Assembly (NCBI GenBank): GCA_036867785.1
Contig: CP145425.1
Span: 1 to 64,000 of the forward strand
Source of the DNA: Plasmodiophora brassicae
Lineage: Eukaryota
DNA: 64,000 bases
Direction: 5' to 3'
Part shown: in pieces, positions 13,285-24,836 of the stretch
How positions within the stretch are numbered: the stretch's first letter is position 1
Layout: the number at the start of each line of letters is the position of its first letter
Program-made: the position numbers and the translations under genes
The notes under the pieces: model-generated
Database searches by the model: none
What the model saw: the letters and a program-made list of their open reading frames with translations, nothing else
Told to the model about the DNA's origin: nothing

Positions 13285-14511
13285 TTATCGTTCGAGGTTG
13301 GCTCTGATGGCGCACAGGGCGATGCTGTCCTTGATGGTCACCTGGTCGGGCATGGGCGACGAGTGACGTCTGTGAACACCGGTTGTTGGCCTTCGCTGAT
13401 GCAGTCGTATCGTTGAGGACTGTCGAGCCTGTGCCTTCGTGCACCAGTCGTTCTTCCATCCGATCAGGTCCAGCGGGGCGCCGATCGTCACGTTGCCGTT
13501 CCCGGCGGATGATGACCTCAAACGTGGGCGGGCCGGTACGGTCGACGCCGTCGATGGCAAGCTAGGCGCGGCCTTGCATGTGGTCCATCCAGGCCACCTT
13601 CGAGCGATGCTGGCCGGGCTGTCGCCATACATATCGATAGGCATCTGGAACTGTTGTACCTGCACCGCCCGCATCACAGTAGGTGCTGCTTCGTTCATCG
13701 CCGCCATCATGGCATTGCCGTCCATCGATGCGGACCTCGCATGACCTCCATGCTGCGGGACACGCTCCCGATTAGAGGACTCAGCAGTCCTCAGCGACCC
13801 CGCCGATGCCCATCGACGCATCTGGCGCTGGCCAGGCTGCACAGTTGCAACTGAAGACGGTGGCGGTGACGTCGCAGAACGCTGCCGACGACGTGGGTAC
13901 TCTGGTGCAGCGGTGCCGACGTCGTCGCGAGCGAGGTCTTTGTATACGCGAGCGGCGGCGCCACCCTGGGGATCAGTAATCCGCTCGAAGAGGACATCAA
14001 GGAAAGCCGCGTAATGCCCAGGTTGGAGCGACGCGGTCCACAGGTCGACGACCTCGAACAGCGAAGACAGGAACGCGTCTTTGGTCATGCCGTGTTTGGA
14101 CGCCCGACCGGGTGGCAGGTCACGTTGCCATTCGCGCCTCGCCTGGACGCGCCCCCCGTGCCCAACGCCCAGGGCTGTACAGATTAGCTTGTAGACCTGG
14201 ACGAACTGGTCGCGATGGAGCACGTCGCGAGCGCCGAACGCATGCCAGAAACGTTCCAGACGCTGTACGACGGCCGGGTGCTTGCGCAGGGCCTCGCGCT
14301 GACGTAACGCTGCCGACGAGTACATGGACAAGTCGCCTTGCGCGCGAATCGTATGCACGTCCACTGGTGCGGTTACTGCACGACCTTCCGTGGCGCCGTC
14401 CCCATGCAACAACGGCGGTTCGAACCAGAACTGCCTCGGGTGGCGGCGACGGACGCGTCGACGGTGCCGGGCGCCGTGGATCCCGATTCGGGATGCATCC
14501 ACAGCCGCCAT
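13285..14511 (-). CDS. Conserved hypothetical protein with EF-hand-like helical domain and disordered C-terminus
   Basis: Long ORF; segment QGDLSMYS..REALRKHP..FW..REWQRD..MTKDAFLSSLFEVVDLW..YAAFLDVLFERI resembles uncharacterised protist EF-hand-like proteins (from memory). Confidence 0.6.
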   Translation of the reverse strand: MAAVDASRIGIHGARHRRRVRRRHPRQFWFEPPLLHGDGATEGRAVTAPVDVHTIRAQGDLSMYSSAALRQREALRKHPAVVQRLERFWHAFGARDVLHRDQFVQVYKLICTALGVGHGGRVQARREWQRDLPPGRASKHGMTKDAFLSSLFEVVDLWTASLQPGHYAAFLDVLFERITDPQGGAAARVYKDLARDDVGTAAPEYPRRRQRSATSPPPSSVATVQPGQRQMRRWASAGSLRTAESSNRERVPQHGGHARSASMDGNAMMAAMNEAAPTVMRAVQVQQFQMPIDMYGDSPASIARRWPGWTTCKAAPSLPSTASTVPARPRLRSSSAGNGNVTIGAPLDLIGWKNDWCTKAQARQSSTIRLHQRRPTTGVHRRHSSPMPDQVTIKDSIALCAIRANLER

Positions 14512-15913
14512 TCTCCGATTACAATGCCATCTTTGGCAATCAGACGACCTGATCTTAACAGGAAGCGTACTAATAATTGGCGATCGATGGGATGAAACGT
14601 GACTGGAATACCACGACACTGTCCTTCGCAAGGACGTGATCTGATCTACCGAATCAGATGCCCGCCAGGCATATCGTTAGTCGTGCACGTTTTAATTTGG
14701 TCTCATGTCGCCCCTTGCTTTGCGCGCGTCGCTGTGGTGAGAGGTCCGGGCCTGGCTCCCTGCGGCCATTGACGTCGGCTGTACTCGAGATTGAGGAACG
14801 CATCGACAATGCTCCCTTTGATGGAGCCACTTCACCTGTGTCAACACTATTGCTGATCAGCGACCGACTGCCAGCAATGTGGTTAACCACGCTCCACAAC
14901 AGCCCGTCCACGTGGCACACACCTCCCGGCGCTGTTTGAGGAAACAGCTGCGCTCTCTCAGCATGCTTTCCCCTCCAATGTAGAGCGCGAACGAGATCAG
15001 TGGGCTCCCCCGTTGCCCGGCCGGGATGCTTTTGTATGTGTGCCGTCCATTCCTCTCTCCTTGTCAAAGTAGAGGAATACCGAATGGCGCTCTTGACAGA
15101 AGAACACGAAGCTAGCGTTTATTTCGGCAGGCAAATACCACACTCGCATTCAATGACGTGCACCCAGCGATTCCAGGCCAGCGGAAGGCCTCATCGGTCC
15201 GGTAATCGCCTCGATGAGATTGCCTTCCAGCGTACGTACGTGCTCGGTTGACAAAGACAAAGGGGAAATGCAGACCGAGTCTGCATATTCTTGGCCCCGT
15301 CGACAAAGGCGCAAGATGGAACGCAGATAATATTCGATACGTCACGTCTATGGATAGCGACTGCTTAGTTAGGGAGCCAACAACGTGGTGCCATCAGGCT
15401 GCACCGTACGTGCAGGTCAATACATGGATCAAGGGGTAACGACCGGCGACAGACGAATTAGGTGCTGATGACGTCGACGATGGCAGTAGACCAACGAGGA
15501 GTGGAAGGAGCAGCAGCAAGCGGCGCCATACCTCATGGGCATCGGAGGACAGGGCGGCGAACAGCATGACCAACGGTGTTCTTGGTGACAGAACTGGACA
15601 GCAGGCCGTCCAAAGCAAACCTGAATTCTGTGCGGGCTCCTGGACCTGGTCCCAAGCCAGGACGCACAGGCAATCGTCGGCGGGAGTTGGCCGATGGCTC
15701 GTGACGTCAGGAGCACTTCCTGACCCAGTGACCTTACCCTAAGCTAATGCAAGTCGTCGCAGCGACGTGGGTGCCTTCACGAGAACGACCGCAGTTAGAA
15801 CAACAGAGCACGGCCTGTCGAGACGGGATCGAATAGGTATGCACAGACCGGGGCACCAAGCGACATAATTCGCACTGAATTGTACTGATTGCCTATGGGT
15901 GGGTATTCCGGTA

Positions 15914-18900
15914 TCAGAGCTCACCTTTGTCGGACTCGGCGGATGCCGCGCTGTCGTCATCAGGCACGGTTTCCGAGTCTGCCTGTCGCGGTTGCGCCGG
16001 TTCTTCGGTGTCCTTGCTGGTCTCCGCCTTGCCGGATTTCGCTGCCTTGGTATTGTTGGTCTTTGCCTTGGGCTTGGGCGGTGGTTTCGGAATGCGAAGC
16101 AGACGGTCCGCGCTCAGTTTGAGCTGTTTCGCCTCTTTGACAAGATCGGCAGCCATGAACGCTGGATTGTCGTATGCCGACTGCATGCACGCAAACGTTA
16201 GGTCACACTTCGACGAACACGAAACGGAGACAAGGCGGTCACGCGGACCTTCTGCGCCTGCCATTCGAGCCGCTCAGCGAGGTACGCCGCGGTCGAGTTC
16301 AGGGCTCCTTCCAAGGCATCAACGGACGAGGACGGAATCCATTCCATGGACTTGCGCATTCTCTCGATAGACGAACGCGTCTCTGTGGACAAGGGAAGGT
16401 CTCAGAATGGTCGTAGAGGCTTATGCGAACAGTCCGTCTTACTTTCGATCGTATCTTGGGCGAGACGGACCGCCTCAGGTCGAGCCCTGGCTTCCCGAAC
16501 GCGAACGAATATGTTGTCGGACAGTTCCTTAAACGACGCCAGCTTGTTGTTGTACAGTGACGGGGACTCCTCCTCGGGATGGTCATCGTAGATCCAGTCT
16601 TCGGCCTCGGTCAATGCCTTCACGACCGCTTCTCGTTCGGCCTCGCGCGACACCTCCTCGACGTCCGAATCAGACATGCGGGGCCTGGTCTCGTAGATGT
16701 GCGCCTCGAGTCTGTTGCGTGCCTCGGCAATATCAGCCGTCCATTGATCGGCCTTGTCCAGCCGCTCCAGTGTGTCACGAGACGCTTGCAGAGCCGACTC
16801 ATCCATCAGGCCAATCGGGCCGAGCGACGCCACCGAGATCGTCAACGATGTGCGGTGCGTCTTGGTAACGGGTCGCATCTCCACCGTCTCCGATTTCTCG
16901 TCGGGTGCCTTGTCGTCAGACGACACGTCGTCCTGTTTATCGCCACCATCCTCTGACTCCGCCTTCTTGTCATCTTTGGTCGACACCTTCGCCTTGGGTG
17001 ACGCCTTTTTCGGCGCAGGCTCCATGGTCGTTTGCTGGACGGTGACCTCGCCGGACACCAGGCTAACGACGCCATCGGATGTCAGCTCGAACGACAACTG
17101 CACCTTGGGTTCGCCGTGCTCGCTGTACTTCGCAACGGCGTCCTTGATACCGGTGACCGTGTACTTGGCGATGCGCGGGTCGGCTCCGACCGGCAGGCGC
17201 CCGGCTTCATCGTGGAACAGCTCGACCGTAACATCCCCGCTACGAGGCACCGTCACGTGACGTTTCGCATTGACGCGAGCTCCTCGGCTAAACAGCGACG
17301 CGCGCTTCGTCCACGGGTCGGCCCCATCCGATGCTGTGCAGAACAGGGGTCAACAGCGAATCCAAAACTAACGACACGTTCGTTACGCGTACCTGGTTCA
17401 GCATCGGCGAGACGGATGCCGACCGGGAACTGAAGTTTGTCGATCATACCAATCTTGCGCACGCGGAACGAGGCACTCTTGTTGGCAGCGTGGAACGCGG
17501 CACCCTGCGCCATGGCTTCGTCGGCGTTCAGGTTCTGCTCCAGGTCGCTCCGCTGGAGCGCTTCCTTGAGGATTTCGTGCACCCGCGGGATACGACTGCT
17601 GCCCCCGATCAGGACGAACGCGTCGACCTGGTCCTTGGTGACGCCCGCTGCAGACAGGGCGGACTCCACAACAGGGGCGACGCGTTCGAACAGGTCGGCG
17701 GACGCATCGTACAGATCGGACCGCAGGACGTGCGTCTTGAAGTCGAGGTCCTTGAATACGCTCTCGACCTGGACAACGATTTCCTGCACAGCAACACTCA
17801 GCGACATATTCCCGGGACCGATCATTCGTTCGGCACTGACCTTGTTGGCCGATAGGATCTCCTTCGTCTTCGTCGACGTGTCGCGCAGCTTCGCCATCGT
17901 TCGTAATGACGACCGAATATCGTCATCGTAACCTGCCTTCTTGGCCTGTTCCTGGACCCTGGCCGCCAGCATGTCCGTCAGACGCAGGTCGAACGCCTGC
18001 CCGCCCAGCGATTCGTCCCACGCTGACCCGAGGACCTCGAACTGGCCAATGGTCTGGTTGGACAACCCTGCGATCCGGGAGGCAGGTCAGGTTGCAGATT
18101 CGAAACGCACGACCGGCAGGCAGCAAGTACCGCTCTTGACGTTGTAGGCCGAGTACTTGACGACGGTGACGGAAGTGTCCGTCGCGCCCATGTTGAAGAA
18201 GCACGCCGTGTGCGTCTCGGACACGTTGTACTGTCGGTCGATGCTGTACTGGACGGCGGCCGCCGTGTTCTCGTTGATCAGCGAGATGACGTTGAGGCCG
18301 GCGATCTTGGCGGCATCCAGGACGGCCTGTCGCTCGGCCTGGCTGAAATAGACCGGAACCGTGATGACGACGTCGTCGATGCTGATGCCCGTCTCCTTCT
18401 TCGCGTTACGCTGGACAACGCGTAGCAGCATGGCGGTCAGCTCCTCCACCGTATACGCCTCGCCTTTGTATTCCATGGCGATCGTCCCGCGTTCGGTCGG
18501 TTTGAACACATACGGAAACCCTGCTCAGCGACAAATGAGGAGACTGCTTCCCACCCTGGCCGACTCGTTCCTGTACCTGCATCGATCAACTGTTGCTGCT
18601 GTGGGCAGCCGAACGGCTTGCCCAGCAGGCGCCGGGTCCACGCGAACGCGGCATCCGGTGACTTTGCCAGGCGCTCCTTGGCGTTCGTCCCATACAGCCG
18701 TTGTTCACCGCCGAACGCGACAATGGCGGGCATGGCCCGCTTCGACGCTTCATCCAGGACGATGGTGAATGCGAAGCCGGGCGCCACCGCCGACGTCTTG
18801 ATAAACAGCGTCCCCAGATCGATACCCAGCACGGCCGCATGCCCGGCACCGCCGAGCAGTACGCCGACCAGCAGCACGGCGACCAGCGCCCATCGTGGCG

Positions 18901-18916
18901 CCGCCGCCGACGACAT
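15914..18916 (-). CDS. HYOU1: ER Hsp70-family nucleotide exchange factor (GRP170/Lhs1), multi-exon
   Basis: Signal peptide, VLGIDLG, VITVPVYFSQAERQAVLDAAKIAGL..LINENTAAA, LGGQAFD, LIGGSSRIP, LNADEAMAQGA, ARNRLEAHIY, acidic insert; ends KGEL*. Confidence 0.9.
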
Positions 18917-19326
18917 TGTTTGCCCGGATCACACTGACCAGCTCGCGCGTTGTCACTGACAGACGAACGAGAGACGACGGCCCGGGACCGTCGCGGACTG
19001 CGCAATGTCGACCCACCCGATGGCGGCCAGCGATGACGTGGCACCGACACCGTGGCGAATCATTTGCCATGGCGTGCATCGTTTTTTTTTGTTGTTGTTG
19101 GATGCCCAACTGACGTGGCGCAGACGTTTTTCGTCAGCGTTCTGTCCATCCCACTCCGTGTCGCTCAAACGAATCTGGTCGCGCGGCATTGCAGCTTGAG
19201 GGGCACCGTACCAGTAAGAGTGGTTGACCTGGCGATAGGCAGCGTCTCGTAAACGACCACGTTTGACGATCGGACCCTTCCCACGAAACGGAGCGGTTAT
19301 ACATTTATGTACAGATAGTCTATCGT

Positions 19327-19926
19327 TTATTCGGAAAATGAATCCTCGGACCCTTCGAGTTCGTCGTCGTCGTTGTCGTCGGTGTCGTCGATGATGCTGT
19401 CGAGGTCGGGCTGCAGAGGGGCGGGCGCCTGGTTCGCCGTGCTGCTGGCGGTGTCGATGCTGGCGAGCCGGTGTGCGGCCATCTCGCCACCGCGCCGGTC
19501 GTGCGTCAGGTTCTTGACGGTGACGGCGACGCCCTCGAGGCGGAACGACCCGCCGTTGTCGTCCGGGTCGAACACGAGCATGCAGTCGACGGCCTTGCCG
19601 GGCTCGGCCTTGCCCTGGAACGAGATGGGCGCGCCCGTCGCCGACTGATTGTGCAAATCGCAGACGGCCTTGTCCGACGCGGACACGGTCAGGCACCCGA
19701 CGCGGTCGACATCCGCCGACTGCGGCCGGAAATCATCTACACACGCAGCACACGACGAGCATCAGGCCTTGCCCCAACGCAGAGAAGAGCGCGCGCGCGT
19801 GCGTGCTCCCTCCATACATCGCAACGCGTAGATCGACGGGCAAGACAGGTCGCCGACGGTGACCTGGTAGGTTCGGGACGGGTCCGGGCGGTCGTCCGCG
19901 ACGACATCGGCGGCGATCGACGCCAT
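19327..19926 (-). CDS. ELL-associated factor (EAF) domain protein
   Basis: Exon 1 ends YALRY, intron 19737-19817, then DFRPQSAD..FQGK..DCMLVFD..FRLE and an acidic tail, matching the EAF domain pattern. Confidence 0.8.
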
Positions 19927-20047
19927 CTCCGCTCGCTATGAATAGGGACCCCGGGCGGGAGTCGCTGACTTGAACCGCTAGCGCTGTACGTACGCCCGCG
20001 TACCAAACGCTACCGCGAGCCGATCTGTATTCGCAGGTGGACGGGCG

Positions 20048-21475
20048 TCAATCGGACCGGATCTGGTCGGGCAGGAGGAGCGTGTCGGGGCGCTCGCCGA
20101 CACGTTTCATGGTGAGCAGGGCGGCCAGGCGGCGGGCCTCGGCGATGGACCCGGCGGTGGCCTCGGCGACCAGGTCGTCGCGGATGAACAGGCCGACCCG
20201 GAACCGATTCAACCGGTCCCGTTCGTCGGCGCATTCGTCCAGGACGCGGTACGCTGGCAAGCCTGCGATCACGTCATCAGCAGCGTGCGACAAGGCGGGT
20301 GACAAACGACAACGTCCTGACATTGGTGTTTCCGTTGACAGACGGTCTGCACCCAGCTGATCGGGTCGACGTAGTACGAGTCCTCGCGGTTGTCCCAGAG
20401 AGCGGGCAGCAGACGTTGGTGGAAGAATCGGGAGACGGCATCGAGCCCTGCGACCCCGCCAGGGCATGAGTGTCACACGCGCATCGACAGGCGCAGAGCG
20501 TACCCTGATCCAGGTAGATGGCGCCGAGGAACGCCTCCAGGGCGTCCGCCTGAAACCGCTGCATGGCCTCATCGATCAGCGGCTTGCGGCTGCTGACGAC
20601 CAGGAACGGCTTCAGGCCGATCTGCGTCGCAATGGCGGCCCTCGACAGGACGCTGTTGTTCGTCATCGAGAACTGGTTCTTGTGCAGGCTCGCTGCCGAA
20701 CGAGCGCGTCAGCACGCATGGGATACTATCGCGTCACGACGGACGTGACACCGACCTTCGGAGACATTCTGCAGGGTCTGCACCGAGAACGACGCGCTGC
20801 GGCAGATGATCAGTGTCAACGGCGCGGCAGTGGATGGGATGCGGCTCACATGAGGAAATCCAGGAGAGCGTCGCCGACGAACGCCAGCGTGTGCAGCTTG
20901 AGAGGCAACGTCGCGTCCTTGATCCAGTCGACATCGACGAACGACGGATGGATCAGGGCCTGGGCGACGACGTCGACAGTGCAGTCGTGGAGGCCATGCC
21001 CGGCCAGGAACTTGGCCAGGTCGCCGAGGTACCCCTTGCGCAGCGGCAGCGTCGCCGGCAACCTGTACTCGGCGACCTGGAATTCCGGTCGCTGTACGCT
21101 ACCGGGCTGGAACTTTGGTAACGGCTCGTCCGACGACGGTTTGACAGCGACCTTTGTGGCTGGCCGCTGCAGTAGGTGGCCGAGACCCAGGCCTCCCAGC
21201 ACGGTGGGCCCCGAGTTCGCCGCCCGCGACACGCCCGGTGACACGTCCTGGCAATGCTGCATCATCATACCCCTCAATGTTTCCATGCCCGCCCCCTTCG
21301 CAACGTCCTGCGCCTCGCCATGGCCCGCCTCGTTCTGCGCCCGCTTCTTCTTGTGCTCCCGCGCCGGTTTCGGTTTCTCCTTGGTCAGCAGATGCCCCAA
21401 CCCGATCTGTTCCAGCACGGACGGCTTGCCACTGAACGCTCTGGCCATGCCCACCCATCTGACCCGCATCGTCAT
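20048..21475 (-). CDS. RNase III + dsRBD protein, probably mitochondrial, with degenerate signature
   Basis: QALIHPSF, LAFVGDALLD, NNSVL, ADALEAFLGAIYLDQG; dsRBD-like FRVGLFI..AEATAGSIAEARRLAA; Arg-rich presequence-like N-terminus; multi-exon. Confidence 0.8.
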
Positions 21476-21903
21476 GCCTGCAGCAGGCACGGGAGGGGCG
21501 GCTGGCGCCCGAAACAGAGTCCCGCGGTCGAGCGCGCGCTGCAGCCGTGCAGCACCCACCAGCGCAGGCGCACGGCAAAACGCTGCGGCAACGCTCCTCC
21601 CCGTCCGTTGCAGATCGACGCGACCGCAACGAGCCTTATGCGTAATCATCCACCTAGTAGTACCGACCACTCGCAACGTCGTCGATGGTTCAGGTGCCTT
21701 GCGTTTACGTGTACTCTGGAGGAGTTCGGGGGGTTTCTGCTGCGCCGTGAAGCGCATTGGGTTGCTTCAGGGACATGTACGAAGCTGTGCGATCGATACA
21801 ATGCAGTCTGGGCGCGCGGACGGGGGCGGGCGGCGCTGTTCGCACCCGGCAAAACGGGGAGGTGCGGCACCGACGTCCCGGTAGGTACAGGTAGGTAGTC
21901 GAA

Positions 21904-23855
21904 ATGGCGTCCAGCGTTCCCGTTTGGGTGGGTGCGGTGGCCCTGGTGGTGGCGTGCGCTGGGCAGGCGGCGGCGGGCGCTGAGTGCCAGCATGTTGCCG
22001 AGTCGGCCAGAGCGCATGGCCTGTCGCAATGCGCGTACGCGCGCGCGTACTGTGCGGACGCCGCTGCCGGCTTCATCGACTGGCCCCGGTTCCGGTACTG
22101 CACGTCTTGGGTGGGGCCGCTTATCATCTGGCCTGCGCTCGTGCTCGCTTTCGCTGTTCTGCTGTCGCTGCTGTCCAGTACAGCGTCGACCTATTTCGTA
22201 CCCCCCGCGTTTGCGACGCATCGTTCGTCGTGTTCACCATCAGGCTTAGGCCCCATGTCTGCACCAGCTATCGCGGTCACTGCGCCTATCGCCTAACGTT
22301 GCGGGCGTGACGCTGCTGGCGTTCGGCAACGCCGCCCCCGATGTAAACCCCCCGCCGGCACGTCATCGGCGATGGCGTTTCTAATGGTGGCGTCGCAGAT
22401 CTTCACAGGGCTTGCCGGTGTTCGATCGGACAATGTCCCGCTGGTCCTATCCAGTGCTGTCGGTGCCGGCCTGTGCGTCGTTTCGTTCTGCCTCGGTACC
22501 CTGTTCGCCACTTGTCGACCATCGTTGCCGGCATTCATGCTCCGTCGGTAGGGTGTGTAATCATCGCCGCCCCAGCAAGAGTGGAGCACAGCACCCTGTT
22601 CTATCGCGACGTCGCCGCCTACATTGTCATCACTGGCTTCATCATCACGATTAGCGTCGGCCATCGTGTCCCAATGTGGCTGGCACTGTCGTTCCTCGTT
22701 CTGTACACGCTGTACGCCGCGTCCGTCATCGCGGCCTCCTTCATGGCACCAGCTCCTTCCGCTGTCACTGTACGAATTGCCACTGAAGATCGCCTTGTTG
22801 ACGGCCACCTGGATGAGTGCATTGTGTGCAGAAGGTGACCCTGGCTGGATCCGCAGGCGACATGAACTACGCCCTGCTTGACGACGAGCGAGAAGACCAA
22901 GGCCAGCAGGTTCCACTTCGTATCGTGTTACTCGAACGAGGGCAATCAACCGATGGTGCAGGCTCGTGTCGAATTGCAAGCGCAGACTGCCCATGGCCCT
23001 GACGCACTGCCGTTGTACGATTTCGGTCCACCCGGTGACGAGCAACGTTCCAGACCACGAACCAGTGAGCCGGATATGCTATCGTCAGCGACGTTCCTGA
23101 AACGTGCACGCCGGGCTGTCGAGCACCCGTTCACCGTATTAAGGTCAGCTACAATTCCTGATCCGGATGGTGGGTGGACGTTCCACGATCGTATCCAGAT
23201 ATGCGCGTCGCCCGTCGTTATCGTTGTTCTGTCGACGCTCGCGTTCGCGAACACGTCCGTCTTGGGCATGTCGCCTTGGGCGCTTGCTGTTGCAGTGTTC
23301 GGCTCAGCAGCCCTGTCCAGGTTGACGTATCGGCCCAAAGCATTGGTCGCCTCCTTCGGGTTTGTCTCCTCCATCGCATGGCTGTCCCTGCTGGCTGCCG
23401 AACTGGTCGGTGTCGTTCAAGCCATGGGCATCATCGCCAACCTGTCGACGTCGACGCTCGGTCTGACTGTACTGGCCATTGCGAATTCCGCTGGCGACAT
23501 TGTCACAAATGTCACGATTGCGACGCATACTGCAAATGGCCCAGCTTCCGCCATTTCGGCCTGCTTCGGTGCGCCGATCATGAGTGATCTTCTTGGCCTA
23601 GGGATATCGCTGACTACCGCCTGTGCGACCGCCTACCCGGCCGACGTCACCTTCAAGGTCGACCACCACGTTACGATCGGATGGGCGTTCCTGCTGGGCG
23701 TCCTGCTGGTCAATATGGTTGCCTTCCCGATGTACGACTTCGAACCGCCGCCTCGGTACGGTTGCGCGCTGATCGCCATCTACCTGGCGTTTCTGCTTGT
23801 ATCTGTACCACAGCGTTCTGGCTATTTGTGGACGTGCCTCGATGCAGGTACGTAG
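21904..23855 (+). CDS. Cation/Ca2+ exchanger (CCX/NCLX family), multi-exon
   Basis: Alpha-1 repeat LRLSPNVAGVTLLAFGNAAPD (~22280-22340), FYRDV, alpha-2 repeat LGLTVLAIANSAGD..AISACFGAP; signal peptide. Confidence 0.9.
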
Positions 23856-24836
23856 GTAGTCGAAACGTAGTCTGCACCTTACGACGAGTACGTCATCGGG
23901 GGTACCGTGGTTCACACGAGCGGACGGATCCACACCAGGATTAGCATCGGATGTGCCACCGCGATAGTTCGGCGGGCATCTCTGCACCTGCTGAGAGGCA
24001 CCGTACCGATTCCGAGGCGCATGGCCAACACCACAGCAGGTCCGCCTGGCAGGACGTGGAAAGCGGCACGGCCTTGCTGCGTCTTATTGGATTTATTCCT
24101 TGTCGCGGGTATAGTGGCTCTAGCTCGGCCAGTTCTAGCTCGGCCAGTGCCATGGTCGAGCACGAACACTCGAGTCGTCCTTTCTGTGACCGCTTGGGCT
24201 ACTGGTGCGTCAACCTGTTGGACGTCAGAGTCAGCGCTCGTCCCTGATACGGATGGTCACGTCTACCGTTTGCATCTATGTAGATCTGTCACAACTGAAA
24301 CATGTTTGATGGTCGTCTGTGGCAAATGTCGTCTTGCCCATCCACTCCCTACCGCTGCACGAGATTGCATCTCTCTTGGGGCCCTAGCGTCAAACTGGGG
24401 AATCACACGTCAGTACTGGTGACCACGTACGGCTTTCGTAGACAACACATCAAGCAATGCCTCCCATCGACCGTAGCCAATATATAACATGTCGCCGAAA
24501 TGGAACACGATCCGATCACGACCGGATAAATCTGATTCATTGTTATAACCGCACGCAGATAGTCTTCCAACGTCTGCAATTGAGGTCGGTGGTCGTCGCC
24601 CGGCCACAACGGGGTTCGCCAGGTACTACTGAGGTACGCGCGACCGTTACCCAATATGGTAGTACGGTGGCATCATCTGCGACGCATCGTGCTGCGCTGC
24701 TATCGAATGCGTCATGGGCCGAGCGGTTGGCCGCGACCGCGTGGTGACGGTGACTGGTCCGCCGACCACGGTAACAACCCGTCGCGACCTGGAGGACCCT
24801 ACGGCGTTCCGACAGTCCGTCGCCCGAGGACACGGG

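Noticed and set aside
14654-15720. Possible small minus-strand spliced gene
   Set aside because: One intron-like segment (~15361-15409) was seen, but no consistent model or motif could be built.
20466-21884. 472-aa + strand ORF
   Set aside because: Antisense shadow of the RNase III-like gene.
23907-24700. Short ORFs between the CCX and helicase genes
   Set aside because: No recognisable motifs or convincing splice model.
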